Source of the DNA: Antedon mediterranea
Taxonomy: Eukaryota; Animalia; Echinodermata
DNA length: 64,000 bases
Reading direction: 5' to 3'
NCBI RefSeq assembly: GCF_964355755.1
Contig: NC_092670.1
Span: forward strand, 21,066,795 to 21,130,794
Part shown: piece after piece, positions 39,401 through 49,991 of the stretch
How positions within the stretch are numbered: position 1 is the first letter of the stretch
How the letters are laid out: the number at the start of each line of letters is the position of its first letter
Position numbers and translations under genes: made by a program
The notes under the pieces: generated by a model
Told to the model about the DNA's origin: nothing
Seen by the model: only the letters and a program-made list of their open reading frames with translations
The model's database searches: none

Positions 39401-41896
39401 ATATAAAGTACTTTTAATTCAATCAACTTTTTTGTTTGTAGAGGCTCGTGAAACTCTTGAAACGGCCATTCACGTAATATTTGGTGCAACGCCAAAAGAA
39501 CTTTCGCTATTGTATTTTCTTCAGTATGGCAATGCGGCCGGTGGATGCGAAGCTTTGGTCGAAACTGCCAAAGGAGGGGCGCAGGAATTTCGCATAAAGG
39601 TACACAAAGAAATCATGTCTGCAAACAAAACTTCTACTAACTATTTTAAAAAGGTTAGACTAATTCATTTTCATTTCATTATTAGGGAGGAGCTCAACAA
39701 ATATCGGAGAAAGCTGCTGAAAAAATTGGTTCTGAGAATGTATGGTTGAGTGAGCCGGTGAAACTCATTGACCAATCAAATCCTGACTTTGTGACAATTG
39801 TAACAGAGTCTGGGAAGGAAGTTAAAACTAAACATGTGATCGTGGCAGCGCCAATTCATTGTGTAGGTAGGTGACTACTTAAAGTAGTTTAATTTAAAAC
39901 AGAAAATCATCCAATAGCAAAATTACTGAAAAACTAACTAATTAGTCTTAAAGTGGGCACAAGTTTTGGTGATGATTACAACATAGAATTGAACTTAGAC
40001 ATTTAGTATTAAAATGCCGCCACCATGTTCCAGAACCAAGGCTGTTTGAAATTCTATTGTTAATTTTTTGTTCAATTAAATTCTGGATTATTAAAAAGTG
40101 GCAAATCTGCATTGCGCAAAATTTACATTATAATTATATAAAAATTATAACAACATTTTCTAATTGCATTTAAAAGTTAATTCAAATATGTACAAATCTA
40201 AAAATAACAAATAGACTAGACTTGCTCCAAGTCTGTATTTATTGCCTTTTTTATGTCATTCAACACGTCGTCGTTTTGATTTTTGTCTGAAAATACATCC
40301 AAATTCAAGTAATACACGTATGAAACGCCATATGTGCAAAAATATTTATATTTTTACTAATATTAAGACAAAACTCCGTCTGAAGCCCAGACTACAAATA
40401 GACATACAGTACAAAAGAAACTAAAATTCAGCTTCTAATAAAGGCACAATATTGAGAGCTTAAGGATGACATAAGTCTTCAATCAATTTCACTTTTTTCC
40501 AGAAAATATTAAGTTTAAACCAGGTTTGCCAATGGATCGTCACTATCTTGCTCAGAGGATGCCCATCGGACATTTGATGAAATTCATAGTCACTTTAAAA
40601 AAAGTAAAATTAACTTTTTTATTTAACTTAACATTAAGTTGTGGAAATTAGATCCAAACCAATCTGGTGAAAGACCCCTATTTTTTTAAGTTTTTGACAA
40701 CCCCACTACTTATTGTGATAGGGATCACTATATCATCTACATACATTTCAGTATGTTGCTCATGATAAAAATCACCCAAAAGATAATGAAACAGTCCATA
40801 ATAATTCTAATGATAAATATGAAATAGGCTTTCTGGAGGGATGCTGGTCTGTCTGGTGAAGTGGTGAGTCTAGGAGGTCCACCAGTTGTTGATGGCTGTG
40901 ACACGGGGCCGATTCAATTGGTGTATGATGCTGTGACATCCAATGGGTCTCCTGCACTTGTTGGCTTCTTTTCCAACTCAAGACAATGGCGTAAAATTGA
41001 GGTAATTCAGAATTCTTTCAAAGAAACTTTATTCGACTCTGTTTAATTTACCAATCATAGCTCAAAAATTGGCAATAAAGTAAGTAGTTGAATAATTTCT
41101 TTGTTTCTTTTCTTCAAAGCCATCTGTCAGAAGGCGTGAGGTAGTAAAGTCATTGGTTGACTATTTTGGTTTGCAAGCTGATGATGTCATCGACTATGTG
41201 GACAAGGTAATGTCTCCATTTTTAACTCCATAAGTTTTACCAATTCTAATGAATGATTTACACAGTTTCTAAGTCTTTTTCTTTAGGACTGGGCAGAAGA
41301 GGAGTACAACGGCGGCTGTCCTGTGAACATTATGACCACAGGAGCAATGACTCTGTTTCACGATACTTTAAGGGAGCCAGTTGATAGGTAGGTGTTGAAG
41401 GTCGACTGGGACTCAAGTTTGTTCTTAATTTCTTTAAATTTGCATAACATGTGAATGCCCTAGGAAAATAATGTACCCATTAATTAATTGAAAATACCAC
41501 ACTGGTAACTCCCTCAAGTTCAGAACAGACTTAACTTCTGGAATTCTCTCACTGACTATGTGGAAACCGCTCCATCCGTGGTGTTTTAAAGACCATGTAA
41601 GGCCTAACCTTTCCCACTAACCATCAACTAAAAGTAAATGCAAGGAATGTACATCTGCAGGCATGATGCTTCCTCTAAATTGATTGAATAACATAATATA
41701 TTGTTAATAATTGTACAGAGTGCATTGGGCAGGGACTGAGACATCAACAATATGGACAGGTTACATAAGTGGTGCTGTTCAGACTGGGTTAAGAGCAGCA
41801 GAGCAAGTAATAAACAAAATAGATCCAACATGGACACAAGATGGCCTCCTGGACTCACTTGACAAGAAAAGTCTTGTGGCCTCTGACAACTTCTAA
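36488..41896 (+). CDS. Flavin-containing amine oxidase (monoamine oxidase-like)
   Basis: FAD-binding DAVIVGGGVAGATAA, LLEAKARLGGRT, DLGGQWIG, GGAQEFRIKGGAQQIS, DWAEEEYNGGCP and VHWAGTETSTIWTGYISGAVQTGLRAA. About 11 exons: approx. 36488-36650, 36991-37078, 37237-37411, 37779-37893, 39443-39599, 39685-39867, 40503-40603, 40829-41001, 41120-41206, 41288-41387, 41720-41896. Confidence 0.93.
37425..37745. repeat. (ATCA/TCAA)n-rich low-complexity intron with higher-order duplication
   Basis: Repeated TCAATCAATTGATC blocks fill an intron of the amine oxidase gene. Confidence 0.8.
38057..38404. mobile_element. Helentron-associated/DINE-1-like non-autonomous element, copy 1
   Basis: Starts AACAAG, has a subterminal inverted repeat (ACTCGGGGTAC / GTACCCCGAGT), an internal (GAA)n microsatellite and a terminal stem-loop. 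A direct copy lies at 38817-39147. Confidence 0.6.
38471..38541 (-). pseudogene. tRNA-Val(AAC)-like gene, probably a pseudogene
   Basis: GGTTTCGTAGTGTAGTGGTTGTCAAGTCTGCTTAACACGCAGAAGGTCCCGGTTCGAGCCCTGGCGAAACC has an intact acceptor stem and anticodon arm (TCTGC-TTAACAC-GCAGA), substitutions in the D and T arms, and a downstream oligo-T. Confidence 0.75.
38758..38818 (-). pseudogene. Second, 5'-truncated tRNA-Val(AAC) copy
   Basis: GTAGTGGTTATCACGTTTGCTTAACACGCAGAAGATACCTGGTTCGAGCCCGGACGAAACC followed by a T-run. It shares about 65 bp of 3' flank with the first copy. Confidence 0.7.
38817..39147. mobile_element. Helentron-associated/DINE-1-like element, copy 2
   Basis: Highly similar direct repeat of 38064-38404, ending CTCGGGTACCCCGAATAA. 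Confidence 0.6.
40217..40394. mobile_element. Small Academ-like element with 9-bp TSD
   Basis: TAGACTTG...CCAGACTA ends flanked by a perfect direct repeat CAAATAGAC (40208-40216, 40395-40403). Confidence 0.6.
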
Positions 41897-42460
41897 AGAT
41901 GTACAGCAACATAAACCAATCTTGGACACAAGATGGTGTCTTGGACTCACTTGACAAGAAAAGACGACAACTTTATGATGACGACTGTAGAACAGTAGAT
42001 GAAGTACTCCACAAACCAAATAAACCAATCTTGGACACAAGATGGTGACTTGGACACACTTGACAAGAAAAGACGACAACTTTTATGATGAAGACTGTAG
42101 AACAGTAGATGAAGTACTCCACAAACCAAATAAACCAATCTTGGACACAAGATGGTGTCTTGGACTCACTTGACAAGAAAAGACGACAACTTTTATGATG
42201 AAGACTGTAGAACAGTAGATGAAGTACTCCACAAACCAAATAAACCAATCTTGGACACAAGATGGTGTCTTGGACTCACTTGACAAGAAAAGACGACAAC
42301 TTTTATGATGAAGACTGTAGAACAGTAGATGAAGTACTCCACAAACCAAATAAACCAATCTTGGATACAAGATGGCGTCTTGGACTCACTTGACAAGAAA
42401 AGATGACCATTTTTAAAATGTAGACTTTAGAACAGTAGGTGAAGTACTCCACAAACCAAA
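41830..42460. repeat. 110-bp tandem repeat (about 5-6 units) overlapping the end of the amine oxidase CDS
   Basis: Unit TTGGACACAAGATGGTGTCTTGGACTCACTTGACAAGAAAAGACGACAAC...CAAATAAACCAATC recurs at 42031, 42141, 42251 and 42361. Confidence 0.95.
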
Positions 42461-43668
42461 TATAAATGATTTTACATTTGTTAAGTATTCTTAAAAATTG
42501 TATAGAAATTTTAAAATATGTATTATATTGTTACATGAATTTTTCAATAACTTGTAAATTTAAATAAATGCTTACAAATATTATTTTTAAAATTAATAAA
42601 TGATATATTAAATTGAAGTTTAAAATAAAAATGAATAACCTATGTACATGAGTCATAGTATGAGATTCAATAATATTATAATGGACAATCATTCAACAGC
42701 CATTGGTCATTTACAACGATGACCATGATACAATATTGTTCAAAGGTTTGTCCCAGCTAGACACCACCGTTGTTGACAGTGATGCCATTGTCTTTGACAA
42801 ACTTGCTTTGTCCTATTGCGAACAAATAATCTTAAGCTCTGTTCACACTATTACATTTTATGTGACAACATAATTTGTGATATGTCCATATATGGACACG
42901 GTGATGTCATATCACTTATTTGGGCACATCACACTTTTTTTTGTCAAACTAGTTTGATAGTGTAGAGAGCTGTTGGTTGGTTGGTTGGTTGATAAGTTGC
43001 CACCCATCTTGTGATGACCTTTCACCTTTACAATTTGTAAAACATAGCCTTTATATTAAAAAATATAGAAACATCAGACTACATACGTATAATCAGAGTA
43101 CTTGTTTATTACTAATATCTGGGTATGCTAGATTATTTGGAAAATTATTCACAACAAATATTATTTGTACAAATATACAATAAATACAAAATTTAAATCT
43201 AATCACACTACAGATGTTTTTTTTAAATCTAGAAAAAACTACTCAATTAAATTGTGTAGATTATCTTGGTGTCATTTTTACTCACAGACTACTGTATTTC
43301 ATTTTAAAACATTAGTTTAATTAAAAGCACCATTGCTCACTTCCATATAAAGGGCTGTACACAGTACACATGTATAGAATTAGTGTAAATGGTACACAAA
43401 AAGTATTGAGTATTCAATATAATTAATCTACATTTTATACAGTGATCATCATGTGTTCAAAAATCACATTAAAACTTAAGTAAACAAAAAAACTTTCCGG
43501 TTTTAAACTTTCCTTCTCATTATAAATATTAATTTTCATCATAAAACTGCACAAGGGTAACAATATACAGAGGAGGAATATTTCACATCACCTCTCATTG
43601 AGCCAGTAAAGTTGGTGACCTACCCATCAATAAGTTAGTGATTATAACAGGCTCATACAGTCAACTAA

Positions 43669-43827
43669 AGGGTCTTTCACACCTGTTCAGGTCCAGCACC
43701 GACAAAAGCGAACAGCGGCGTTTTGTTTTTACGACGCTACACATGGCAAAGCACAAAACGAAATGACGTTCGATTTGATATGCCAGCACCGGACAGTAAC
43801 CATGCCGGAGCAGGTGTGAAAGAAACT
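43669..43827. mobile_element. PIF/Harbinger-like MITE downstream of the ARL6IP1 CDS
   Basis: TIR TCTTTCACACCTG / CAGGTGTGAAAGA with TAA/TTA flanks. A similar architecture occurs at about 52585-52787 (GGCCAATTTA/TAAATTGGCC). Confidence 0.55.
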
Positions 43828-44833
43828 TTACCCAGTTAACTAAGTCTAAACAGGCTCATTTAGTCCTTCTTACATTAACCCTCAAATATCCTGATAAATC
43901 ATCTAATATTACCTCACAATTATTACACCAATCAAACACTGCACAACAAATAAAAGTTTAGTAATTTGAGGTAAATTAAGTAACTGATGCTAAAAATTAA
44001 ATATCAATTGATTAGACAACCAGAAAAACAAACATAGGTGATTGCAATTTGGCATTACTGCACTAGATTAGATTAGTTTGAGGTTTAGCCACAGATTAGC
44101 GTTGCCATGACCTGAACCTAACACCAAAGATGGTTACAGGTTCGAAAGTAGTGCAGTAGAGCCTACAAGTTTAGGTTCATTAGGAATCTACAATATTTCA
44201 GTCTATCCACTCATTTACAAATCGGCAAGTGAGTTGTAACTATACACATTCACAATCTTCAAATCAACCACATCAAAGATAAAAGAATCAGTCACAATTA
44301 AAAGCTTAAAAACATTTTCTATATTAGTAATAGAAAACAACCAAAAGAGATGTACTGTATTTGAGTATTGCAGATGTTTATAATTAATTAAAGCCTTAAT
44401 TACCTTTAAAAGAGGTTTTGCCAAAAAAAATTAAATAATTTAATAAATAATCTTAAATTCAATAGATGTTGGTGAAGCAAGTAACTTAAACAGAGTTATG
44501 AAAGAAATGGATATTCTTGCTTACATAATAAATAATTTAAATACATTAAAAATATATTTTTCCCAGCATTCCTTATTACATTAATTAGTATTTAATAAAT
44601 TCTGCATATAAAGATTTGCGATTTGTATATTTCCTTTTCGTGTTTAGTAAAAATGTACTTCTCTCCTCAATTATGAATATATTAGCTTCTGAGTTAAAAA
44701 AAACTTTATTTTCAAAAAAATGTTTGTGTGTTTGGCATCGTTCTGTCTTCATGTTCCTATAGTTGGGATGGCTGTATATTCTTAACTATTTGGATTACAC
44801 TTCAATAAAATGTTGTTGAAACCTGTTAGTTTC

Positions 44834-47800
44834 TTAGTCTTTTTTCTTGTTCTTTTTGATAACATCAAGAACCTGTTTTACTGCCATGCTGTAGTATTTA
44901 TACAGGATACCATGGTGGCTTAATCCTGGCAATAGCACCGTAAATAATACTGTAAACAGAATATGCAAATCAGTAAATTTGATTTCACTATCAGTAGAAC
45001 CTATCCATTGGGATGCTTTCCTATGTAACAGGGGATATAACACTACAATAGCTAATTACAGTATATTCAAAATAAAAAATAATAACTTACCAAATAAGTA
45101 TGTGAGAAAAAAGTTTGGAACTGCATTGCCAATAAAAGCAATTATACCAAGAACAACCATCACAAGAACAAAATACTAGAAGGAGAAGCGAGAGAAGAGA
45201 ATTTAAGCAAATGATCGGGTAGAATGAAAATAAAAAAACAAAACATGGGAAAATGTTTATTTAGGTCTGATAACCAACATATTTTTAGCACAATAATTAT
45301 TTTATGTTGAATCACATGAAATTTTGGAAATAATTACTAAACATTTTTGTGCTGCTTCTTAAGATTATTTTATGAGAATGAGATACAGTGTTCCTTTGTT
45401 CAGTGTTTTATATCTCTCACCTGTTTAGGTTTTTTTGTTTTCATATCTTTTAAGTCTGTTGTAAATCGTGTTGCTTTATTTTTTGTATTTACAATACTGA
45501 TGCAAATCTGTTGATACTGTTGCTGGTTGTTAGCCGTCCTAAAAAATGAGAAAACTAAAGATTAAAAATTAATTTATGATCACAATCACTTCAGAGACAC
45601 GGCTTTTGGCAGTGGTTTAACGCAGGAGGTAAAGGCCCCTGGTTTAGCACTTAGTCCCTCAGCTCCAACCGTGGGTAGTTGCATTGGGTTAATCATGCTC
45701 TGGGGCCACTTAAGCTCTGGGGCCCTGGATTTTGCCAGTGAGGGCTCATAACCGTTATGCCACTGGCTTTAGGCATAAATTGCACATTTGTTATAGAATG
45801 GAGATTTACTACCAAAATGCATTAATGTATTGCAATGACAATCAGGACACCTACAATGCATTAATTGAACTGATATTCAACAGTAACACATGTTGAATAT
45901 TAAAATAATATTTAAAGAGGAAGCTGCAATCTAACTGCAACCATATAAGCCACAGGGCCTCAAGAGGATAACAAGGACATATAATTACACAAAATATCAA
46001 TAGATGCGTCAACTTCACATACTGTATAAAATTCAGCAACAGCAATACTCATTGTTTCCAACATAAAAAATAATAACTGAAAAATTCTAATACAAATTTG
46101 AATGTGTTTTTGTACCTACCATTCTCCTGTGCGAACAAACTTCGAGAAAACTCTTGGCAAGAAATAATCAGTGAGACATATCATCATTCCAAGTAAAGAT
46201 ACAGTAGTCAGAATTGTGGGCTCTAGATACCAAATTATACTACAGAGAAAAAAACAACAAACAACAATGAAAGCACTCAGAAACTGAGTGAAGTACTTGG
46301 CAAAATGTTGCCACAGAGGGCGCATGTTGATATTTAAGGTCATGTTAAAAGTATAGATTTTTTTTTTTATTTGTGAAGTTATCAATGAACCGACTTTCTT
46401 AAAATATATAAGTATTTACACTGAAATATTCAGAATGATAACTTGAAAATTGTAGGCGCTATCGTGTTAACAAACTAACAAAGCAAGTACTATACTGTAC
46501 TTAGAAAAATTCTATGTTGCCAAGTAAAAAGAGTAAGACCATGGAGTTCCATGGTAAGACTGAATAAATGTTTACAAAAACATGCAATGTACAGTACCCA
46601 CAATTGTGAGAATGCAAGGAAACATGAAATCAATCAATTAAATATAGGAATATAGTTTACAAATGTCAAATTATACAGAAGATCAGATACTTACAAAAAT
46701 AGTGCACTGACGCATCCTGTCATGATGGCTGGGTACGAGTCCTTTTCCCATTTCATCCATCTGTCTACGTGTAGCAATATAAATCTCCAATCATGCAGCA
46801 TCTGTTCTACTGCCGTTATTTCTGTATCCTATATTTCAGTATACACTATCAAATTAGTTTGACAATAAAAAGTGTGATGTGCCAAAATATGGTAGTTATA
46901 TGCTGAAATATGGACTAGTGATGTGAAATCATTATGTCTATATATGGTGTAGTGGGCATATCACATTTTTTTTAGACAGAGATTTAGATTAGACAAAACA
47001 CAAATACAGTGAAAATAACTTTGTATAGTTACATAAGGAAAGTAAGAAGTTTTTGTACTAAGGTGATTGTTGATATTGAGATCACACACTTGTAATGTAC
47101 AATTGCAATAATACAGAATAAAGTGTATGGTTTATTACATCTTTTTCCTGAAAACTCTACTACTGTATTCTCTCTTTATCCTATCAAGTCCTTACATTTT
47201 GTCATACCCTGTCATGAATCCCTTGCATATCAAACTTTCATGATTGTGAAAAACAACAATTCATAATTGTTTTATAAAAAATTGTTTTATAAAATATAGC
47301 TTTTAAAATACATTAATGTGACTGTCATGTTGAGACAGGAATATTACATGTACCATCTGCTGTATGTCATATATTATTATTTGACATATGATCCATTGCA
47401 CCTGCTTTGGAGGAATATCATACAACATGACTACAAACAATATGTGAATGCACTAGCATGTAGCAGTTTCATGAATTAAAATAGAGACAATTGTGTACAA
47501 TTTATTAAAAGTACAGTTTAATAAAAACAGAAGCAAATAAAGAATTTTAATGCAAAATTAACAGTACAGTTAGTGACATTGACAAAACAATGAATGCTAA
47601 ATAAATTCCCCTGTGTCTCTCTTGAACTGGGTCCAGTTTAACTGGGTGTCGTGTATTTCTACTGTAACCAATGGAAAGAAAATCTTCTTTACAGATCCAC
47701 AAAACATGTTGAAAATCATGGAGGCATAAAAAATCATATTTTTATTAAACAAAACCAACTCCCTTAAAAATTACAACTACAAATTTTACATTTATTAAAT

Positions 47801-49044
47801 TTGCAGTTTTAAATTGGTTCATTCTAATATTGATTATGCCTCTTTAATTTTGGTCTGCTGCAATGGCAGGCCTACAGTATGTATCCTTCTTACATAGGCC
47901 ATGGGGGTGTCACGATAAATATGGTCCGGGGCCAAAATCGGTCCGGCCGGACCAGTTTTGGCTCTAAAATTGTGGCCAAAAGCAGTCCGCCACTGCAAAA
48001 ATCGGTCCGGGCTTTTCTTCTGTCGATTTTAATTGAATTACTAGGCCTATGATGCTGTTTTAAGTTGTTTATGGCTAGAAAAATATCCCATGATATATAT
48101 TAGTAAGTTATCTTGTCGGATAAATACTATAAATAAATGTATTTTATCTAAAAACATGACTTAGGTGTTCACTCATATTTCGGCCTGCCACACACTCACA
48201 TGAACGGGAGACGCTGATATTGCCAGCTAGATTTTATTTATGATTGAGGCCTTTTTCCTTCCTCAGCCTAATCAATATTGGATAATTGTTTTATAATAAT
48301 TGTATTGAATTGATATATTGATTGATTAACCATAAATAATTAATAAATTAAATTGTTTTTAACATCATGGGGAAACGAAGATGTTAAAAAAGAAAAATTG
48401 GATTAAAAACAGGCAGAGATACATATTGTATACAAAAAGCTTAACAATTAGTATAGTATTAATTATTGATGAGTTACTACTAATAATGATAATAAAAAAA
48501 ATAGGCTTAATTTATAATATTAAAATAACAAATAAATCCCCGTAGTTTTCAATAATGACTAATCATGGCCTTTTTTTTAATGATATATACATTATGACTC
48601 ATTTTGCGCACCATATATTTGTAAGACCAGACCATATTTGGCGGCCAAAAACAGTCCTACTGCCCGGACCGATTTTATCCAGGCCGGACCAGTTTTGGTG
48701 GCCAAAATTGGTCCGGCCGGACAGGTTTTGGCAGCCATAAATGGTCCCCCGGACTGATTTTGGCAGCCAAAACTGGTCCGCCGGACCGATTTTGGCCCGG
48801 ACTGATTTTGGTGTGACAGGACCTTACTAGGCCTAGCTCACATCCAGCCATCCAACTAGCTCTGCGCAACCTATCTCCTCCTCCAGCAGGTAGGCTAACG
48901 CCTAGGCCTAACAGTTAGGCCTAGCCACAATGTGTTGGCTTGTTGTTGTCGTTTTGAATTCCATTTATGGCATTGAATTGTAATAACATTTATCATAGAT
49001 TTTACCTTGTTTATTTCACCATCCATCAGTCTTTCGGTTGCCAT
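44834..49044 (-). CDS. ARL6IP1: ADP-ribosylation factor-like 6-interacting protein 1 (reticulon-like ER membrane protein)
   Basis: Exons approx. 49044-49006, 46828-46695, 46239-46120, 45538-45421, 45175-45091, 44952-44834 give ...MKWEKDSYPAIMTG...IIWYLEPTILT...CLTDYFLP...W...IGNAVPNFFLTY...LLPGLSHHGIL...KKNKKKD, the ARL6IP1 signature with a C-terminal di-lysine tail. Confidence 0.92.
45610..45765. mobile_element. hAT-type MITE
   Basis: CAGTGG...TAACG / CGTTATGCCACTG ends with an 8-bp TSD GCTTTTGG/GCTTTAGG (one mismatch). Confidence 0.7.
47908..48818. mobile_element. About 910-bp non-autonomous DNA transposon with TGTCAC ends and GGTCCGG/CCAAAA subterminal repeats (superfamily unassigned)
   Basis: Inverted ends TGTCAC...GGTCCGGGGCCAAAATCGGTCCGG / CCGGACCGATTTTGGCCCGGAC...GTGACA around an AT-rich centre, in ARL6IP1 intron 1. 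Confidence 0.75.
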
Positions 49045-49991
49045 GCTATTTTCAGTTAGTAGAAATTTATATTATTGTACAATATCAATCAAAATTTCGT
49101 TAACAAAATCGAATTGTTGTGTTTTATTACTAAAAAAAGTCAACAAATTTTGAAATAGGAATGAAACTAAAGAGGGCGACATGGTACTTTTATCTATCAA
49201 TCATCATTATCTATTATCATCATCATCATTGATTCGAATATCAATACTCTATAACAGTTTTAAAGATATATTGTCTCCATAAACATTTTTTTTACAAATT
49301 TGCTTTCTAAAAAATATTTTTTACCTGAAAAAATATGTAATTAAAGCAAAAAAATACATACAATGGTTTTTGGTTAAAGTAACGTTTCTTTTCTCTGTTT
49401 ATAAGTTAATTATTTTTGTTTACAGAAGTGAATAACTTTATTAAAACTGCAAAATTACCTACTTAAAGTCTGATTTTATTAATCTTTATTTTTTAGGTTG
49501 TGGGACAACACATCTTAAATTGAATTTCTTCTTTAGAAATAATGTACAGATATATGTAATGTACGGTATATGTATCCCACCGCACATCAAAACAATTTGG
49601 TGCATGTGTTGTGTGGAGTAAATAAATAATGATAATGCTTTTTTTTATTATTTTAGTATTTACCCTTGAAATCAAAAAAGGATGTTGTTTGCGTTTTAAA
49701 ATTCCTGTGTTGGTATACCACACTGGATGAGGAAGTGGAAGATCTTCAATATTTTTTTAAAACACACCACAAAATTACTTTTTTAAGGCTGCGGTATGTT
49801 TATTGTGGGTGGTAGTTTTTGATCACAACAATGTACCCAGATTGTACTCGCTTCTGGCAAAGTTGTAGAATAAAACGTGTCTCGGGAATCATCGATCAAA
49901 TTGATCTCTCAAGCTATAAAACAAAGATCTTAGCTATAAAAAGAACATAAATTATAGAGGGCGTGATTTCAAAACACTCCCAGTTTTAAAG
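49045..49991. promoter_or_regulatory. Probable bidirectional promoter, ARL6IP1 / KCTD5
   Basis: Divergent starts about 947 bp apart. AGAGGGCG occurs near each gene start, and a YY1-like AAGATGGCG overlaps the KCTD5 ATG. Confidence 0.55.

Noticed and set aside
41855-42396. Repeated minus-strand ORFs (MCPRLVYLV...) as a repeat-protein gene or CRISPR-like locus
   Set aside because: They are by-products of the 110-bp tandem repeat. The period is not a multiple of 3, the units are fully repeated, and there are no spacers.
47878-47890. GTATCCTT as another U12 donor
   Set aside because: It is on the plus strand within an intron of the minus-strand ARL6IP1 gene, with no associated exon.
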